From assembly GCF_963921235.1 (NCBI RefSeq), contig NC_086108.1, forward strand, positions 95,730,001-95,790,000: DNA of 60,000 bases. The letters run 5' to 3'. The position numbers and the translations under genes were made by a program. Under the pieces are notes generated by a model, which ran no database searches, had not been told where the DNA came from, and was given only the letters and a program-made list of their open reading frames with translations. This DNA is from Mobula hypostoma. Lineage: Eukaryota. Shown one piece after another: positions 12,763-26,098 of this stretch; within the stretch, counting starts at the first letter, position 1; every line of letters begins with the position of its first letter.

Positions 12763-14157
12763 TGAAGATCAAATTACTATTTAAATGCTTAAAAAAATTG
12801 CAACATGCTGCTGTGCAGAGGGACTTGGGAGTTATTATGTATGAATCACAAAAGATTGGTTTGCAAGTGCAGCCAGCTATCAAGAAGGCAAATGGACTGC
12901 TGGCCTTCATTGCTAGAGGGATTGACTTTAAGAGCAGGGAGGTTATGCTGCAACTCTTCAGGGTACTGGTGAGGCCACACCTGGAGTACTGCATGCAGTT
13001 CTGGTCTACTTGAGGAAGGACATACTGGCTTTGGAGGCAGTGCAGAGGAGGTTCACCAGGTTGATTCCAGCAATGAGGGGGTTAGACTATGAGGAGAGAT
13101 TGAGTCACCTGGGACTGGACTCACTGGAATTCAGAAGAATGAGAAGAGATCTTACAGAAACAAATAAAATTATGAAAGGGATAAGATAGAGGCAGGAAAG
13201 TTGTTTCCACTAGTAGGTGAGACGAGAATTAGATTATGAAGACACGCAGTCCTCTTTTATTGTCATTTAGTAATGCATGCATTAAGAAATGATACAATAT
13301 TTCCTCGGGTGTGATATCACAAAACACAGGACAGACCAAGACTGAAAAAACTAACAAAACCACATAATTATAACATATAGTTACAACAGTGCAACAATAC
13401 CGTAACTTGATGAAGAACAGTCCATGAGCACAGTAAAGAGTTCAAAGTCTCTCAAATGTCCCACATCTCATGCAGACGGGAGAAGGAAGAAAAACTCTCC
13501 ATGCCATGCCCGACCACAGCCTGACTCAGAGTCGTCCAAAAACTTCGAGCCTCCGATCAGCTCGCCAACACCAAGTACCAAGCACCATCTCTATCCGAGC
13601 GATTCGACTTCAATCTTGGTCACCAACAGCAGGCAAAGCCGGGGATTTTGAGGCCTTCCCTCCAGAAGATTCACGATCGCACAGTAACGACAGCAGCGAA
13701 CGGGCGTTTCAGAAATTTCTCTGTGCCTTCACGTCTGTCTCCATCAAATCAGAATTGTCCACAGCCCCTATTTAATGGATACGATATCATTTTCACCGGA
13801 GGGCCGTGCACGCATGGCACGCTGGACTCTCTCCTCCCGCCGTACTGCAATACTTCCCCCCCTTCATAGCCTCAAGATTTGGGGGAGTAGATCTAGGATG
13901 GAGCTGAGGAAGAACTGCTTTTCCCAGAGAGAGGTGAATCTGTGGACTTCTCTGCCCAATGAAGCAGTGAAGGCTATCTCAGTAAATATATTTAAGACAA
14001 GGTTGGATATATTTTTGCATAGTAGGGGAATTAAGGGTTATGGGGAAAAGGCAGGTAGGTGGAGATGAGTCCATGGCCAGATTGGCCATGATCCTATTGA
14101 ATGGTAGAGAAAGCTCGACAGGCCAGATGGCCAACTCCTGCTCCTATTTCTTATGTT
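12763..14157 (+). mobile_element. CR1 3' fragment in two parts (12763-13232, 13865-14157)
   Basis: VQRDLGV...LFRVLVRPHLEYCMQFWS; second part ELRKNCFSQREVNLWTSLP and CR1 3' UTR; parts are colinear. Confidence 0.9.
13233..13842 (-). mobile_element. approx. 610-bp non-coding retroposon with GC-rich head and tgacAATAAA tail, inserted in CR1
   Basis: interrupts CR1 cleanly; many CpGs retained; tail resembles Rex-type 3' UTRs in window. Confidence 0.65.
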
Positions 14158-15194
14158 ACTGCAATACTTTCCCCCTTCAGTGTTGTGATTTCAGACTAAA
14201 TCACCATAACAACACCCTCCTTTGCCATCAATATCACTTCACCCCATCTTTCTCGGGGCCCCACAACTCCATTAGAATTCAGAAGAGTACTATCTCGCCA
14301 TTGGTTAAATATCTCACTTTTCTAAAATACTTTATTTTTTTATATAATTGCTGAATGTTGTTTTGTTTTTGTTGCAATACCAACACACCACAGCAAATTC
14401 TTAATACATGTAAATATAATGGTGAATAAAGTTGACCCTTGTTTACCACGTCACATCTCACTGGCCACCACCCAGTTTAAAAAGGGCCTGCAATTTATTT
14501 TATTACATTTGCATCTGCTGATTGTATTTACAGTGATTTCTGCAGACAATCAAATTCCTTGGCTTTCTTAGCTAGCATAGTGTTTCACACCACTATAAAA
14601 AGACTCCAATTTATCATTCAAAGTGCATGACATCACTATCCCTCCATAATGAACTCCATTTACCAGTGTCTTGGCAATGGACTTAGTTTGTGTCCCTTGG
14701 TATCTCCATGATCCTGTCTGCAAAATTTACTGTGCTTAACAATGCACTCTGTTGACTTGGATGTACAAGTCTGTGCCTAGATCCAAGTCAACAGTAAATA
14801 CGCTGAAGTGTTGGGACTCCATAAAAGGCTCACTAGGGAACACTACTTCTCAGAACCTTCCAACTGGAGTGTAAACATCAGATCAGCGTATGATGTGCTT
14901 GGTCAGGAATTTCCAAAGGAGTTTTATGATATATTTTCGCCAAGTAGTGGGCAGCGTAGCAATTTAAACAGCAGCTTCAAAAGCTACAAAATCCAACCCT
15001 TTACCAACAGTATTAGACATGGACCAGAAACTTTAGTGGTTAGAAAAGTGCATTCAGTGTCCTCCTCCCCAACCCTAACACTGCTGATTGGGGGGGGGGG
15101 CGGTGGAGGAGAATTCAAAGCTTCAAATTACAAACAAAAAGTCTGTGATAGTCTCTGGTTTAGGTAATATTCCATCAGTCAGTGCCTCCAATTA

Positions 15195-15490
15195 GGGACG
15201 GTATGGTAGCATCGTGGTTTGTACAATGCTTTACAGTTTCAACGGCCTAGATTCAATTCCTGCTACTGCTTGTAAGGAACTTTTACGTTCTGTGTGTGTA
15301 CTTGAGTTTCCTCTGGGTGCTCTGCTTTCCTCCCACAATCTAAAGATGTACTGGTTAATAGTTTAATTGGTCATTGTCAATTGTCCCTGACCAGGCTAGG
15401 GTTAAATCGGGGATTGCTGGGCGGCGCAGCTCGAAGGGCCAGAGGGGCTGACTCCAGGCTGTATCTCAATAAACAAACAAATGAATAAAT
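15195..15490 (+). mobile_element. V-SINE (HE1-like)
   Basis: head ggtagcatcgtggtttgtacaatgctttacag, B-box-like gattcaattcc, V-domain gtttcctctgggtgctctgctttcctcccaca. Confidence 0.8.
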
Positions 15491-15631
15491 AATGACTCAT
15501 CCATAAATACATAATGACCCCGATGTTGCCAAGGTTCTTGAGCTTTTCTGGAGCTGCACTAGAGAGAATGACATCACTTTCCAAAATGCCTTGGAGATGG
15601 TGCAGAGGCTTGGGGGAGGCGGCAGGGGGTG

Positions 15632-15842
15632 TTTGTTGTTCTTCTCCGAGTCTTGTGGCACATCGGGCTGCAACCTTGCCATTTCCTTAGCATTCTTGAC
15701 TATTATTTTTTCACATGGTCGAATTGCTAGCTCAATGCTCAGCCCAGCAGAGATGGAAAGCATACAAGGAGCCCGGTGGATTCAAACCCAGGACCACCCG
15801 CCTTGGAAGTCCACTGTGGATGCCACTGCACCACTGGTTGGC
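15632..15842 (-). mobile_element. tRNA-derived SINE, inverted copy of 21357-21560
   Basis: reverse complement aligns along its length with 21357-21560. Confidence 0.75.
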
Positions 15843-16574
15843 AATTTGGGGGGGGGCGGGGGGTAGTATTCATTATAAATATCTTCCAGCCTCTTCTTGC
15901 ATCTATGCACATCTATAGCTCATCCACCTACATTTCTGGTTATTGAATGCAAGGGGAAATAGCTGGACTTTGCTGTTGGAGATGGTCATTGCTGGGCATG
16001 AATGATAACAACCACCTACCGGCATGAACATGTTCCAGTCTTACCTGGGTCATTTTATGAGTAGTAGTGAATGAAAGTTAATGCTGTAGTCATCAGTAAA
16101 TATCCTCACTTCTGAACTACGTTGTAAGGAAAGTCATTGGAATGTGTTCCTTTACTTGTGAACATACACATATACAATGGATGTGGTTATAAAATGACAT
16201 GTTGCACAAAAAGGTCCGAGCGCAAATCTACACTGAATACATCTTTTATTTTTCCAATATTCCAATCAACCTCCCCCGTCGCCAATAAACTCTTCATAAA
16301 ACAGACTGCTGTAACAAGATACACAGTATTCACAAATAACCAAGCCACTCCTTGTGAGTGAGCTCCTTGCTCACATCAATATGCATCTTTGAATTAGGCG
16401 TTACAACATGATCACAAAGATAGGATCATAAAGTTGTACTGGCCATAGTGAACATGCATATGGAGTGTTAGGTACAGTTTTCATCCTCTTATTCACTGTA
16501 GAGGAAATACAGACGTTCCAGGGATGGTACATTGCTATATGAAAAGAAATCTAGTGAATTAGGTCTCCTATCTT

Positions 16575-16828
16575 CACTCTCACCTCAGATTCCTCCTTCA
16601 CCAGCCCTTTTGTCTTTTCTACTCTCCCCTCCCCCACAAACATGGCTTCGAGCTTCACCTATCACCTTCTAGCTTGTACTCATTCCCTCCCCAAACTTTC
16701 TTATTCTGACTTCTTTCCCCTTCCTTTCCAGTCCTGATGAAGGGTCTCAGCCTGGAACACTGACTGTTTATTCATTTCCATAGATGCTGTCAGACCCGCT
16801 GAGTTCCTTCAGCATTTCATGTGCGTAC
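16575..16828 (+). mobile_element. Penelope-like 3'/pLTR fragment with decayed hammerhead (16729-16766)
   Basis: pyrimidine-rich tract then CAGTC CTGATGA A GGGTCTCAGCCT GGAAC ACT GACTG, catagatgctg..., gctgagttcc. Confidence 0.8.
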
Positions 16829-17995
16829 CTCTTCTAGACTAGATCTGTATTCTTTAGAGTTTAAAACGATGAAAAGAGATCTCACTGAAACTTAAGAGGA
16901 TTCTGCCAGAACTCAGCAGTTTGGATCCAGAGAATGACTTTCCTGTATGTGGAGTCAAGAACCAGAAGTCAGTCTCAGAATATCCAAAAGGCAAGTTAAG
17001 AGCACAAAGAAGAATTTTTGAGATTTTCTATCCTAAAGGTCTGTGGAACCTCAGTCATTCAAGACAGAAATACAGGTAAAGGGAATATCAGGATAGTGCA
17101 GGAAAATGAGTTTAAAAAAAAACAAATTTGAAGAAAGAGACAGAATGCTCAAAGGACCAAGTGGTTTATTTCTATTTATGATAGTATTAGCGAGCCAACA
17201 GCATCTGAAGGGATGGAGACCAACAGTTAACACCTCAAGTCAAGGACTCTTCATCGGAACTGGATACTGAGAAAACTACTGCAGTTTAAATCACAGAGAG
17301 GGACAGAGAAAACACAGGTAATGTATGTAAAAGAGTAAGGTCAAAGTCACCATGGTGACAATTACTTTAAAAACAGTTGAGGAGAGAAGAGAAAAAGAAA
17401 CAGAACAAATTTAAAACTACAGCCATAGCTGCAGAGAGGGGAACAAAGTGGTAACTTTTAAATTCAACACAGAAAGTCCCAAGGGCAGTATCATGCCCAG
17501 TTGGCAGACAAGGTTCTGTGCCTTGAGTTTACATTAGGCACCTTGGCTGGAAGGAACTCAGAATGGAATAGGACTGATCTATCTGAAGGAAGCAAGGTGT
17601 AGTCAAGAGTGCTGTGGGAACTGGTGGGTATATAATGGATACTGGTCACTATTCTGCACTGAAATGGAGAGAGAGGTGGAGAAAGGAAGAAGTCAGATAT
17701 GGATCTAGTGAATGCCACGGGTCACCTGGGGCCCAGGGATGGCCACAGGTCACTGGAGCTGTGAGACAGCAGCTCTATAACTGCGCTACACAAGTGCTGC
17801 CGTTAGCAGTCACATTCATTTCTCATGAATGAATGAACAAAAATCTAACACTTCCACAAAACAATTAATCAAACCTCCACACAAAAAAATCTTCAAGGCA
17901 AAATCTTCTCAAAACTAATCTAGGGCATGAACATGGAAGGTCTGAAAGCAATGGACTTCAGAAAATTAAAAAGTGAATACTTATGTAAATGTTCA

Positions 17996-18187
<192 letters not shown>

Positions 18188-18234
18188 TCATCATTGCAGA
18201 AACTCCTCCTTCAAATGGCAACTTATAGAATCAC

Positions 18235-18727
18235 AAACGATGCCCTGGCATTGGAGAGTGCCGGGAGGAGGCTCACAAGAATATCCCCAGGCATAAAAGG
18301 TTTAACATATGAGGAGCGTTTGACGGCTCTGTGCGTGTACGCTCTGGAATTTAGAACAAAGAGGGATCTCATATTGAAAATGCAAGATAGAGTGGACAAG
18401 GACTGGACGTTTCCTATAGTGGAAGAGACTAGGACCAGAGCGAACAGCCTCAAAATACAAGGGTGTCACTTTAGAACAGAGATGAGGAGGAATTTCTTTA
18501 CCCAGAGGGTGGTGAATCTGTGAAATTCATCGCCACATAGGCTCTGGAGACCAAGTCAGTGGGTATATTTAAAGCAGTGGTTAATAGGTTCCTGATTAGT
18601 AAAGGCTACAAAGGTTACGGGGAAAAGGCAGGAGAATAGGGTTGAGAACAATAATAAATCAGCCATGATGGAATGGTGGAGCAGACTTGATGGGCCAAAT
18701 GGCCTAATTCTGCTCCTACGTCTTATA
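18235..18727 (+). mobile_element. CR1 3' fragment
   Basis: GLTYEERL...TRANSLKIQG..FRTEMRRNFFTQRVVNL and 3' UTR ggcctaattctgctcct. Confidence 0.9.
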
Positions 18728-18922
18728 ATCCCAATTATCTGTTACTTCAAATCCAAAATAAAATGTTTTAAAAAGGAGAAAGAAATGCACAGAGATACCT
18801 TTATTAGTTAGATTAACGAATAAAATTTCACAGTGCAGTTTCTCAAGTGATCTACGACAATGTACTAAAAATTCCTGCCCTTCCAAGATGATATGTAAAA
18901 CAGTTAGATAAAATACACCTAC

Positions 18923-19003
18923 CATGGGAGAGCTCCTTTTGGCAAGTCTAAGATGGCCCCATATATAAAGTTCATGATGATGTCCATATCCACATGGCTC
19001 ACA
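18923..19003 (-). CDS. BTBD8: BTBD8 exon (approx. 6)
   Basis: ttacAG|T GTG AGC ... CCA TG|GTAGG; 81 nt; VSHVDMDIIMNFIYGAILDLPKGALP vs human [21 protein letters not shown]. Confidence 0.95.
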
Positions 19004-19587
19004 CTGTAAGTAATTATATCTTTATTAATCACTGAAAAGCTACTGGAACAGTGAAGACATTTTACAATGAACAGCCACGAATAAAATGAACAATGGGTCA
19101 CCATCGCCCACTTTGTACTACTGCTGATTAATACCGTTCACCATCCTACAGGTTTCAGATTCTTAGCAACAACTTACATGAATGACATTTGGAAAACTTC
19201 CAAAGGTCCTTTAGGTTTACAAGGCAAAGATTTTTATAAAGCTCAATTTTGTCTTTTGTCATTTTTCACAAGACAAAACCATTGGGCAGGCAATCTGCAA
19301 GCTAGACTATTGTTTATTGACTACAGCTCTGTCTTCAAAACTCTATTTCCAAGCAAACCAACCACCAAACTCCAAGACCTGACTGTCAACACTTCCCTCT
19401 GCAACTGGATCCTTGAATTCCTGACTAACACACCTGGATCAGTAAGGCTAGGCAGCAACACCTCCACCATGATTATTCTAAGCACATGTGCTCCGTGAGG
19501 CTACATCATAAGCCCCCTCACTCATAAATGCATGATCAAACCTGCTCTAACTCTATCTACAAGTTTGCAGATGATACCATTGTAATG

Positions 19588-19864
19588 GGGTGGCATGGTA
19601 GCATAGTGGTTAGCACAAGGCTTTATTGTTCAAGCGACCCGGGTTCAATTCCTGTTGCTGTCTCCAAGGAGTTTGTACGTTCTTTTCGTTTCCTCCAGGT
19701 GCTCCAGTTTCCTCCCACAGTCCAAAGATGTACTGCTTGGGAGGTTAACAGGTCATTGTAAACTGTCCTGTGATTAGGATGGCATTAAATCGGGGGTTGC
19801 TGGGGGGGGGGGTTGTGGAGCGAAGGTCCAACCAGCCTTTTCCACGCTGTATGTCAATACATAA
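19588..19864 (+). mobile_element. V-SINE (HE1-like)
   Basis: ggtagcatagtggttagc; gacccgggttcaattcc (B box); gtttcctccaggtgctccagtttcctcccacag. Confidence 0.85.
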
Positions 19865-19865
19865 A

Positions 19866-20343
19866 GGTTCAAAAGTACATTTATAATTGCAGTATACAAC
19901 TTTGAAATTCTTCTTCTCTAGATAGCCACAAAACCAAAAAGAAAAGAACAGCAGCATGATTATCAACCTCCAAATCCTTCCTCCTTCCAAAAAAAAAACA
20001 AAAATGGAACAGGCACACCGACTCCCAAATCGCCCTCCCACACACAAAAAAAACAAGAAAGATCGGCAAAAAACATAGAATATTAAAAAACTGAAAAAAA
20101 AGTCCATATCCAGAAAACATGGGTAACATTCTCCAGCAGGCCACACAGGCTTCCCTCTCCATCAGCACAGCCATCCCACCAGCAATCAAAAAGCAGTCTC
20201 CCTTCTCTGGCAACAGAGCAATCCCACCAGCAATCAAAAAGCAGTCTCCCTTCTCTGGCAACAGAGCAATCCCACCAGCAATCAAAAGGCAGTCTCCCTT
20301 CTCCAGAAGCAGAATGGTCCCACCAGCCATCAAAAAGCATCTC
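19866..20343 (-). mobile_element. Non-coding retroposon family member (related to 22995-23475 and 57851-58510)
   Basis: shared ggttc...tacaac...tcttctcyagatag end and A/C-rich body. Confidence 0.6.
20173..20343. repeat. 48-bp tandem repeat, approx. 3.5 copies
   Basis: atcccaccagcaatcaaaaagcagtctcccttctctggcaacagagca at 20173 and 20221, variants at 20269 and 20317. Confidence 0.95.
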
Positions 20344-21109
20344 TTAGCATGTACCCATAAACCTTATTTCTTCGAGGCACCACAGAAAATATTATATCTG
20401 GACGCACAATGGCTTGGTATGGCAACTGGACTGCATTACAGAAACTGCAGAGAGTCATAGACTGAGCTCAGCACTTCATAGAAACCCACTTCCCTTCCAT
20501 AGACTCAGCTTACACTTCACTGCCTCAATAAAACAGCCAGCACAATCAAAAACCCCCGCCCCCTTGGATATTCTCTCTTGTCCCCCTCTCCCATCAGGCA
20601 GATCCAAAAACTTGTAACACATTCCACCAAGCTGACGGATTCCACTTCACTGTTATAAGACTATTGAATGGTTTCTTAGTATGATACATAGGCTTTTGAT
20701 CTCACCGTCTTCCTTGTTATGATCTTGCACCTTTTTGTTTACTTGTCCTGTAGCTGTTGCTCTTTATTCTGCATTCTGTTATTGTTTTATTTGGTACTAC
20801 CTCAATGCACCATAGGCAAGACATCCTTTGCACTATACCTCAGTAATACTCTATCAGTAATAAACCATTTTCGATAGCTATCAGTGGCTGCTTGCTCCCT
20901 TGATCCCATCACAGCACCCGATTTGTTATTCAGTGACTTTCTTAAAAAATGTATTTGTTGATGGAACGTGGATGACATTGGAGATTATTGATCCTGACAC
21001 GAGAAGGCAAAGTGCTGACAACATTAGTGGATCTGAACAAGATGGACAGAATTCATTCCTTGATGGGTATTTACAAACAGCATGGTTGCTGAATAAAATC
21101 TGGTTCCAT

Positions 21110-21260
21110 TAGTTTTATTAATGTTACTGAGACAGAATTCATTTCCAGATGAATTTAATATAAACTTTCCAGCTGCCATGATCGGATCTGAACTCAATGC
21201 TGAATCAACAGTACAGTACCCCAGTTGTTAATGGAGCAACTTAACCAGTGGGCCACCATA
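21110..21260 (-). mobile_element. Old elasmobranch tRNA-SINE, 5' part
   Basis: reverse complement resembles 24425-24545 (catggcagctgg...aaatctggaa...gtctcagtaa). Confidence 0.5.
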
Positions 21261-21356
21261 GCCCCAAGTGCATTTTCATACAATCACGTGAACCTACTAT
21301 ATTTTCACAAAATACCCAAGTTTCCTACAAAAATAAGTTAACATTGAATAAATAAT

Positions 21357-21560
21357 AGCCAGCCAGTGCTGTAGCGGCATCCACACCAGACTTTGAGGCA
21401 AGTTGCCTTGGGTTTAACCTGGCTGGCTCCTTGCACGCTTTCCGTCCATGCCTGGTTGAGCATCGAGCTAGCAACTCGGCCTCTTAAAAACAGACAAATG
21501 CTAAAGAAATGGCAATGTTGCTGCTGATGTGCCACAAGGCCAGCGAGGAACAAAAAAAAT
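21357..21560 (+). mobile_element. tRNA-derived SINE (approx. 200 bp)
   Basis: A-box-like gccagtgctgtagcggc, B-box-like gggtttaacc, A-rich tail; second copy 15632-15842. Confidence 0.75.
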
Positions 21561-22599
21561 TGAATAAGTAGTATACCAATCTCTTTCTATCAATTAATAA
21601 ATGTGCGATTTGTTATGCCATCAACTATTAATGACTCACAAATTAGGTTTACATCCCCTGGAATTTAGAAATTGAGAGACGATTTGATTAAAGCTTTCGG
21701 GATATTAGAAAGGGAATTATTGGGGTGAACTGGGAGAAACTGGCTCAGTAGAAATCAGTCTAAAAATTTAGAACCCAGTCAGTTGACATGCAGTTGGGGA
21801 ATAAAACTTCGTTAGTGAGCGGGGAACAAACATTTTACTTAACACAAAATAAATAATTAGCTCTATAGTAGGCGTCAAGTGACTTTTATTAAACAAAGAA
21901 AATCCAGGATATGGGGCAAAAGAGAGCACGTACAGTTAGGTCACCAATCAGGAGGTGAAAGCCTTCATTTCCAAATCTGCACAACTTTTGTTACGAAGTT
22001 TTCTAAATACGATTAAAGCTTTAGCCTCACAGTCAATCATCTTCTGCCCAGAGCTAACACTTTGAAGTTGAAACTTAGCTGCACGGACAAATGACTTAAG
22101 AATATTTCTGAACATCTTTAAAATAGAATTAAACCGTTTCCGTGATTATTTTGCTCAAAGCAAAATGCAAATACAGCACTAATGATACCCTAATGAATGT
22201 ATTTACATAAAAAGCATCTCAAGATTCTATTTCCATGGCTGCATTATCTCTGATGGCTGTTAGGCCATTTATGAGTTGATGTGTGATGCCAAAATGCACT
22301 TCAATTCACAAAATAATGATTATATATTTCTCATTTTATACTTCTGGGATGTCTTTCATTAAATGTTCAAATATTACAGAAAAGAATTAAATGTGACAGA
22401 AGGCAATGAAGTCATTTACAAGCACCAAGTATTCAGTGAATCCAGATAATGAAAGTGTGACACATTTTCTCACATGTCGTAGAGCTGAACAGCACAGGAA
22501 TGGGGTCTTCAGCTCATCGTTCCAATCTTTCTCCCCATCTACACTCATCTTATTTACCGGTATCCACACGAGGTCCATATCTGTCCACGTCTTGCCTAT

Positions 22600-24120
22600 T
22601 TAAGTGACTGCATAAATGCCCCAACAATGAAATTGTATTTCAGTGCACCACCTCCTTTGGCACCAAGTCTCAGATATAAACTCCTCTGTGTAAAATGAAA
22701 AAGACCACTTATATCCTCATTTACAGCTCCTTTCTCTCAATTTAGACCTACACCCTCTTGTTTTTGATATACCTCCTGCTGAAAAATGATTCTACTACGT
22801 CACTATGAGACCTTCAAGGAAAACTAACCCACTCCAATCTCTCCCCATAACTGAAATCCTCCAATCCAGGCATCACCCTGGCAAATCTCCTCTGAACTCG
22901 TTCCAGCACACCACATATAGTGTGGTGCACTCCAAGTGCAGTCTGATCAGCGTTTCATAAAGTTGCAACATAACATCTCTTATTTTCTTTTCATAGGTTC
23001 ATTTTATTGTCAAAGTAGGCATGTACAATACGACTCTGATATTTGTCTACTCTAGATAGGCACTGAATACAGAAAGACCATAGGTGTTGATGAAAGAAAA
23101 GACATCTCCCCAACACCCCCCCCCCACAACACTACCACCTCCACTGGCAAAAAAAACGAAAAACTTGCAGACTCCAAAATCCCCCCCTTGCCCACAGCAG
23201 AAGACAGCCACAATAGCACTCACCAACCCCCTACACATAACAATCCCTGACCCCCTTCACCTGCAGTAAAGAACAATGACAGTAGCACCAAACCATCCCC
23301 CCTCCACCCCTCCATAGAAATTAACAGATCAGTCACCGTACACACGAAAGAAAACACTGAAACACTGAAGTAGTCCAATATAAAGGACAGTCCAGTAGTC
23401 ACATAAATCTCAGAATATGGGAAATGCTTTACTGTCTGCACACAGGGAGAGCAGTTGCGCGGACTTAGTGCCAATCTGAGGAGGAAAGCATGTCGTACAT
23501 GCCTTCCTTACCCTGTCACCTTCAGGGAACTACAGGTTCCTCTCTTTATTAACATCCTTTGGCACCCTGCCATTTATTGTGGATATCCTACTCCCATTTG
23601 ACTTTCAAAATGCATCACCCCGTAATTGTTGGGATTAAATTCCATCTCCCAACGCCCTGCCCAACCTTCTAATTCTGTTGTAGCCTTAGAGAGGTCTTAG
23701 AACAACTGTCCTCACTTTCCACAATATCCCCAACTTGAGTCTTGTGCATGCTCATTATATTTTCTGCATTCACGTCCAACTTATTAATGTATATCACACA
23801 GAAACAAGGATCCCAGCAGTAATTTGTGTGACATGCCAACAATCACTACTTCCAATTGGAAAAGCATTGTTCCACCACAATCTTTTGCCTCCTCGAAGCA
23901 AGCCAACTTTGGAACAGATTAGCCTTTGCACCCTGGATTCCTTGTGCCTTAACCTCCCGGACCACATGGAACCTGGTAAAATGCCTTACTAGAGTCCACA
24001 TTGACAACATGTACCACCCCTGCCTGTATCAACCTCTTTAGGTAAGTCATCCAAATTAGTGAGACAGGATTTCCCCCCACTCAAAGCCACGCCATCAATC
24101 CCTGCCTTTCCAAACGTATA
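22600..24120 (-). mobile_element. Old decayed CR1 (22600-22980 and 23490-24120)
   Basis: ccaatccaggcatcaccctggcaaatctcctctg; ttaaattccatctcc; ctggtaaaatgccttact (DFSKAF-like on minus strand). Confidence 0.7.
22995..23475 (-). mobile_element. Non-coding retroposon family member inserted in CR1
   Basis: ggttcattttattgtcaaagt end nearly identical to 57858-57876. Confidence 0.65.
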
Positions 24121-24424
24121 TTACTGGGTCTTTTGGTATCTTGGCTTCAGAACTACTGATCACTCTTAATATCAAGGATGCAGATCTGGATGTGAAATGT
24201 TACAAATAATTCAGTCTTAAAACAGCCAATACATGAAGTAAAGATGTAGAAAGGAGAGTGAACCACACCCATTGCAAAATAGAAAATATTGAACAGATGC
24301 AGAAGACCCAAGACCAATTGAAAAGGGTCAAGTTAACAGTACGACTGAAATCAGAAGCAGGCAGCCCTGTTACAAGAGTGAACAAAAATATGTGAGGAAT
24401 CAACAGTGTTCACACTTCAAGACC

Positions 24425-24748
24425 CAGAGGCTTGGATTACTGATCTACAGCCCTCATGCTCCAAGTCCCTCATGGCAGCTGGAGATTTAAAATCAAAATA
24501 ATTAATATAATCTACAATGAAATCCAAGTTCCACTAATAGCAGTTACAAAACTTCAAGATTCTTACACAAATCCACATTTTACAGAAGGTCTTTGAGAAA
24601 GGACCTTTGACTGCAGCCCCACAACTGAGGCAGAATCCTGTGCTCAGTAAAACATTCTAATTATCCACCAGTCCTGTGGGCACGTGGGGATGGACAATAA
24701 AAACTTGCCTTGCCAGCAACGGACACGTCCCATGGATGAATAAAACAC
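24425..24748 (+). mobile_element. Old elasmobranch SINE with CR1/L2-type 3' tail
   Basis: tail gggatggacaataaaaacttgccttgccagcaacggacacgtcccatggatgaataaaa resembles recalled SINE3/AmnSINE-type tail. Confidence 0.6.
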
Positions 24749-25044
24749 AAAAGCAGGAACCAAAGCGGATTTGTAGTCAGTGAGGAGCAAAGCGCAAATG
24801 ACTCATTAAATTCAAAGATGATTTCAGCAAGGTAGCAAAATTAAAATGCGAGACAGAGAATTTCAGAAAGTAAAGGTAATGAGACAACCAAGAAGTGAGG
24901 ACAAGAGCAGCCACACTCCAAAGCTGGTCCAGTCCAAAGATTTCCAGCACAATGAGGAAGAGAATACTCCTCAACTCTGCAGACAGAATGGACGGAGTAC
25001 TGCAGGAAGGGCAAGGTGTAGTACAAGATCTTTAGAAGGAAGCT

Positions 25045-25400
25045 GTTCATTGTATGCCAGGTCATATGATGTGGGCGATCATGGTCTTTTCATGACCGTG
25101 ATTGTTCTTCGCAATTTATTTCTACAGATGTGGTTTGCTGTTGCCTTCTTCTAGGCAGTCTTTACCAGATGGGTGACCCCAGCCAATAAACAATACTCTT
25201 CAGAGATCACATAACCAGGACTTGTGATATGCACCAGATGGTCATATGACCATCCACTACCTGCTCTAATAGCTCCCTGTGACCATGATTAGGGGGCTAA
25301 GCAGGTGCTATACTTTGCCCAAGGGTGACCTGCAGGCTATTGGAGGGAAGGAGTGCATTACATCGCCTTTGGTAGAGATATATCTCCCCTCCACCACCCC
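25045..25400 (-). mobile_element. SINE-like element with RTE-type 3' end (copy of 6882-7235)
   Basis: gtggtttgctgttgccttcttc, gaccatccactacctgctc, caagggtgacctgcagg all match first copy. Confidence 0.75.
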
Positions 25401-25760
25401 GGAAGGAATATTAGTTCCTTACAAAAATGCACTTGAGTAAACTAGGGTTAATATGTTAGAGTATCACTTAATATCTTCATTAGAAGTGCCAAGAAAATAA
25501 CATATTGATTGCCAATATAACAATATTGATTGGTACATTTTCATGTACTCATTGTTTACCATACATTAAGAAAAACATAAACGGCTCACTGAATTATCAC
25601 AAACAGAATAAAAATGAGTGAAACATCATCAAACTAAACTTAATAGCCAAACATATTGCACGTAACGTCGACAAAGTTGTCATGAAATGTTTCTAATGTG
25701 GACCGCATAACTAATATCATACATTGAAACTTTAAAACATCTTTTGGTTATCATTTCCTA

Positions 25761-25889
<129 letters not shown>

Positions 25890-25980
25890 TTATACCATTA
25901 CTAAATTTGCTTGATCTGGGTTATTTTTAAAGCAAATACTTAAAAAAAAAAGAATGCAGTGATCACAGCTAACAGTATAC

Positions 25981-26098
25981 CTGTGCACATGAAAAACTTT
26001 GTTCTCAACATGAAGAGTTATATCAGAGCAACTTCCTTCTTTGTACAGGGACAGCAGGTCAGCACCCAGCACAGAGGCTGGCTCTGGAATAGAATCAC
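25981..26098 (-). CDS. BTBD8: BTBD8 exon (approx. 4): start of second BTB domain
   Basis: AG/GT boundaries; 118 nt; DSIPEPASVLGADLLSLYKEGSCSDITLHVENKVFHVHR vs recalled human [36 protein letters not shown]. Confidence 0.95.

Larger units (their letters stand above)
19295..20870 (+). mobile_element. Decayed Rex1/Babar LINE (19295-19587 and 20345-20870), interrupted by two elements
   Basis: LFIDYSSVF...LQDL...SLCNWILEFLTN, YKFADDT; distal part tggcttggtatggcaact and AATAAA tail. Confidence 0.8.

Noticed and set aside
19588..19660. tRNA-like A/B boxes here and at other SINE heads
   Set aside because: Continue directly into the V-SINE body; no complete cloverleaf, so not tRNA genes
19881..20460. 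Repeat-containing ORFs on both strands; superficially array-like
   Set aside because: Products of a 48-bp minisatellite with no unique spacers; not CRISPR and not a recognisable protein
24846..25154. 102-aa plus-strand ORF
   Set aside because: No recognisable domain; runs into a SINE-like repeat; probably decayed repeat sequence
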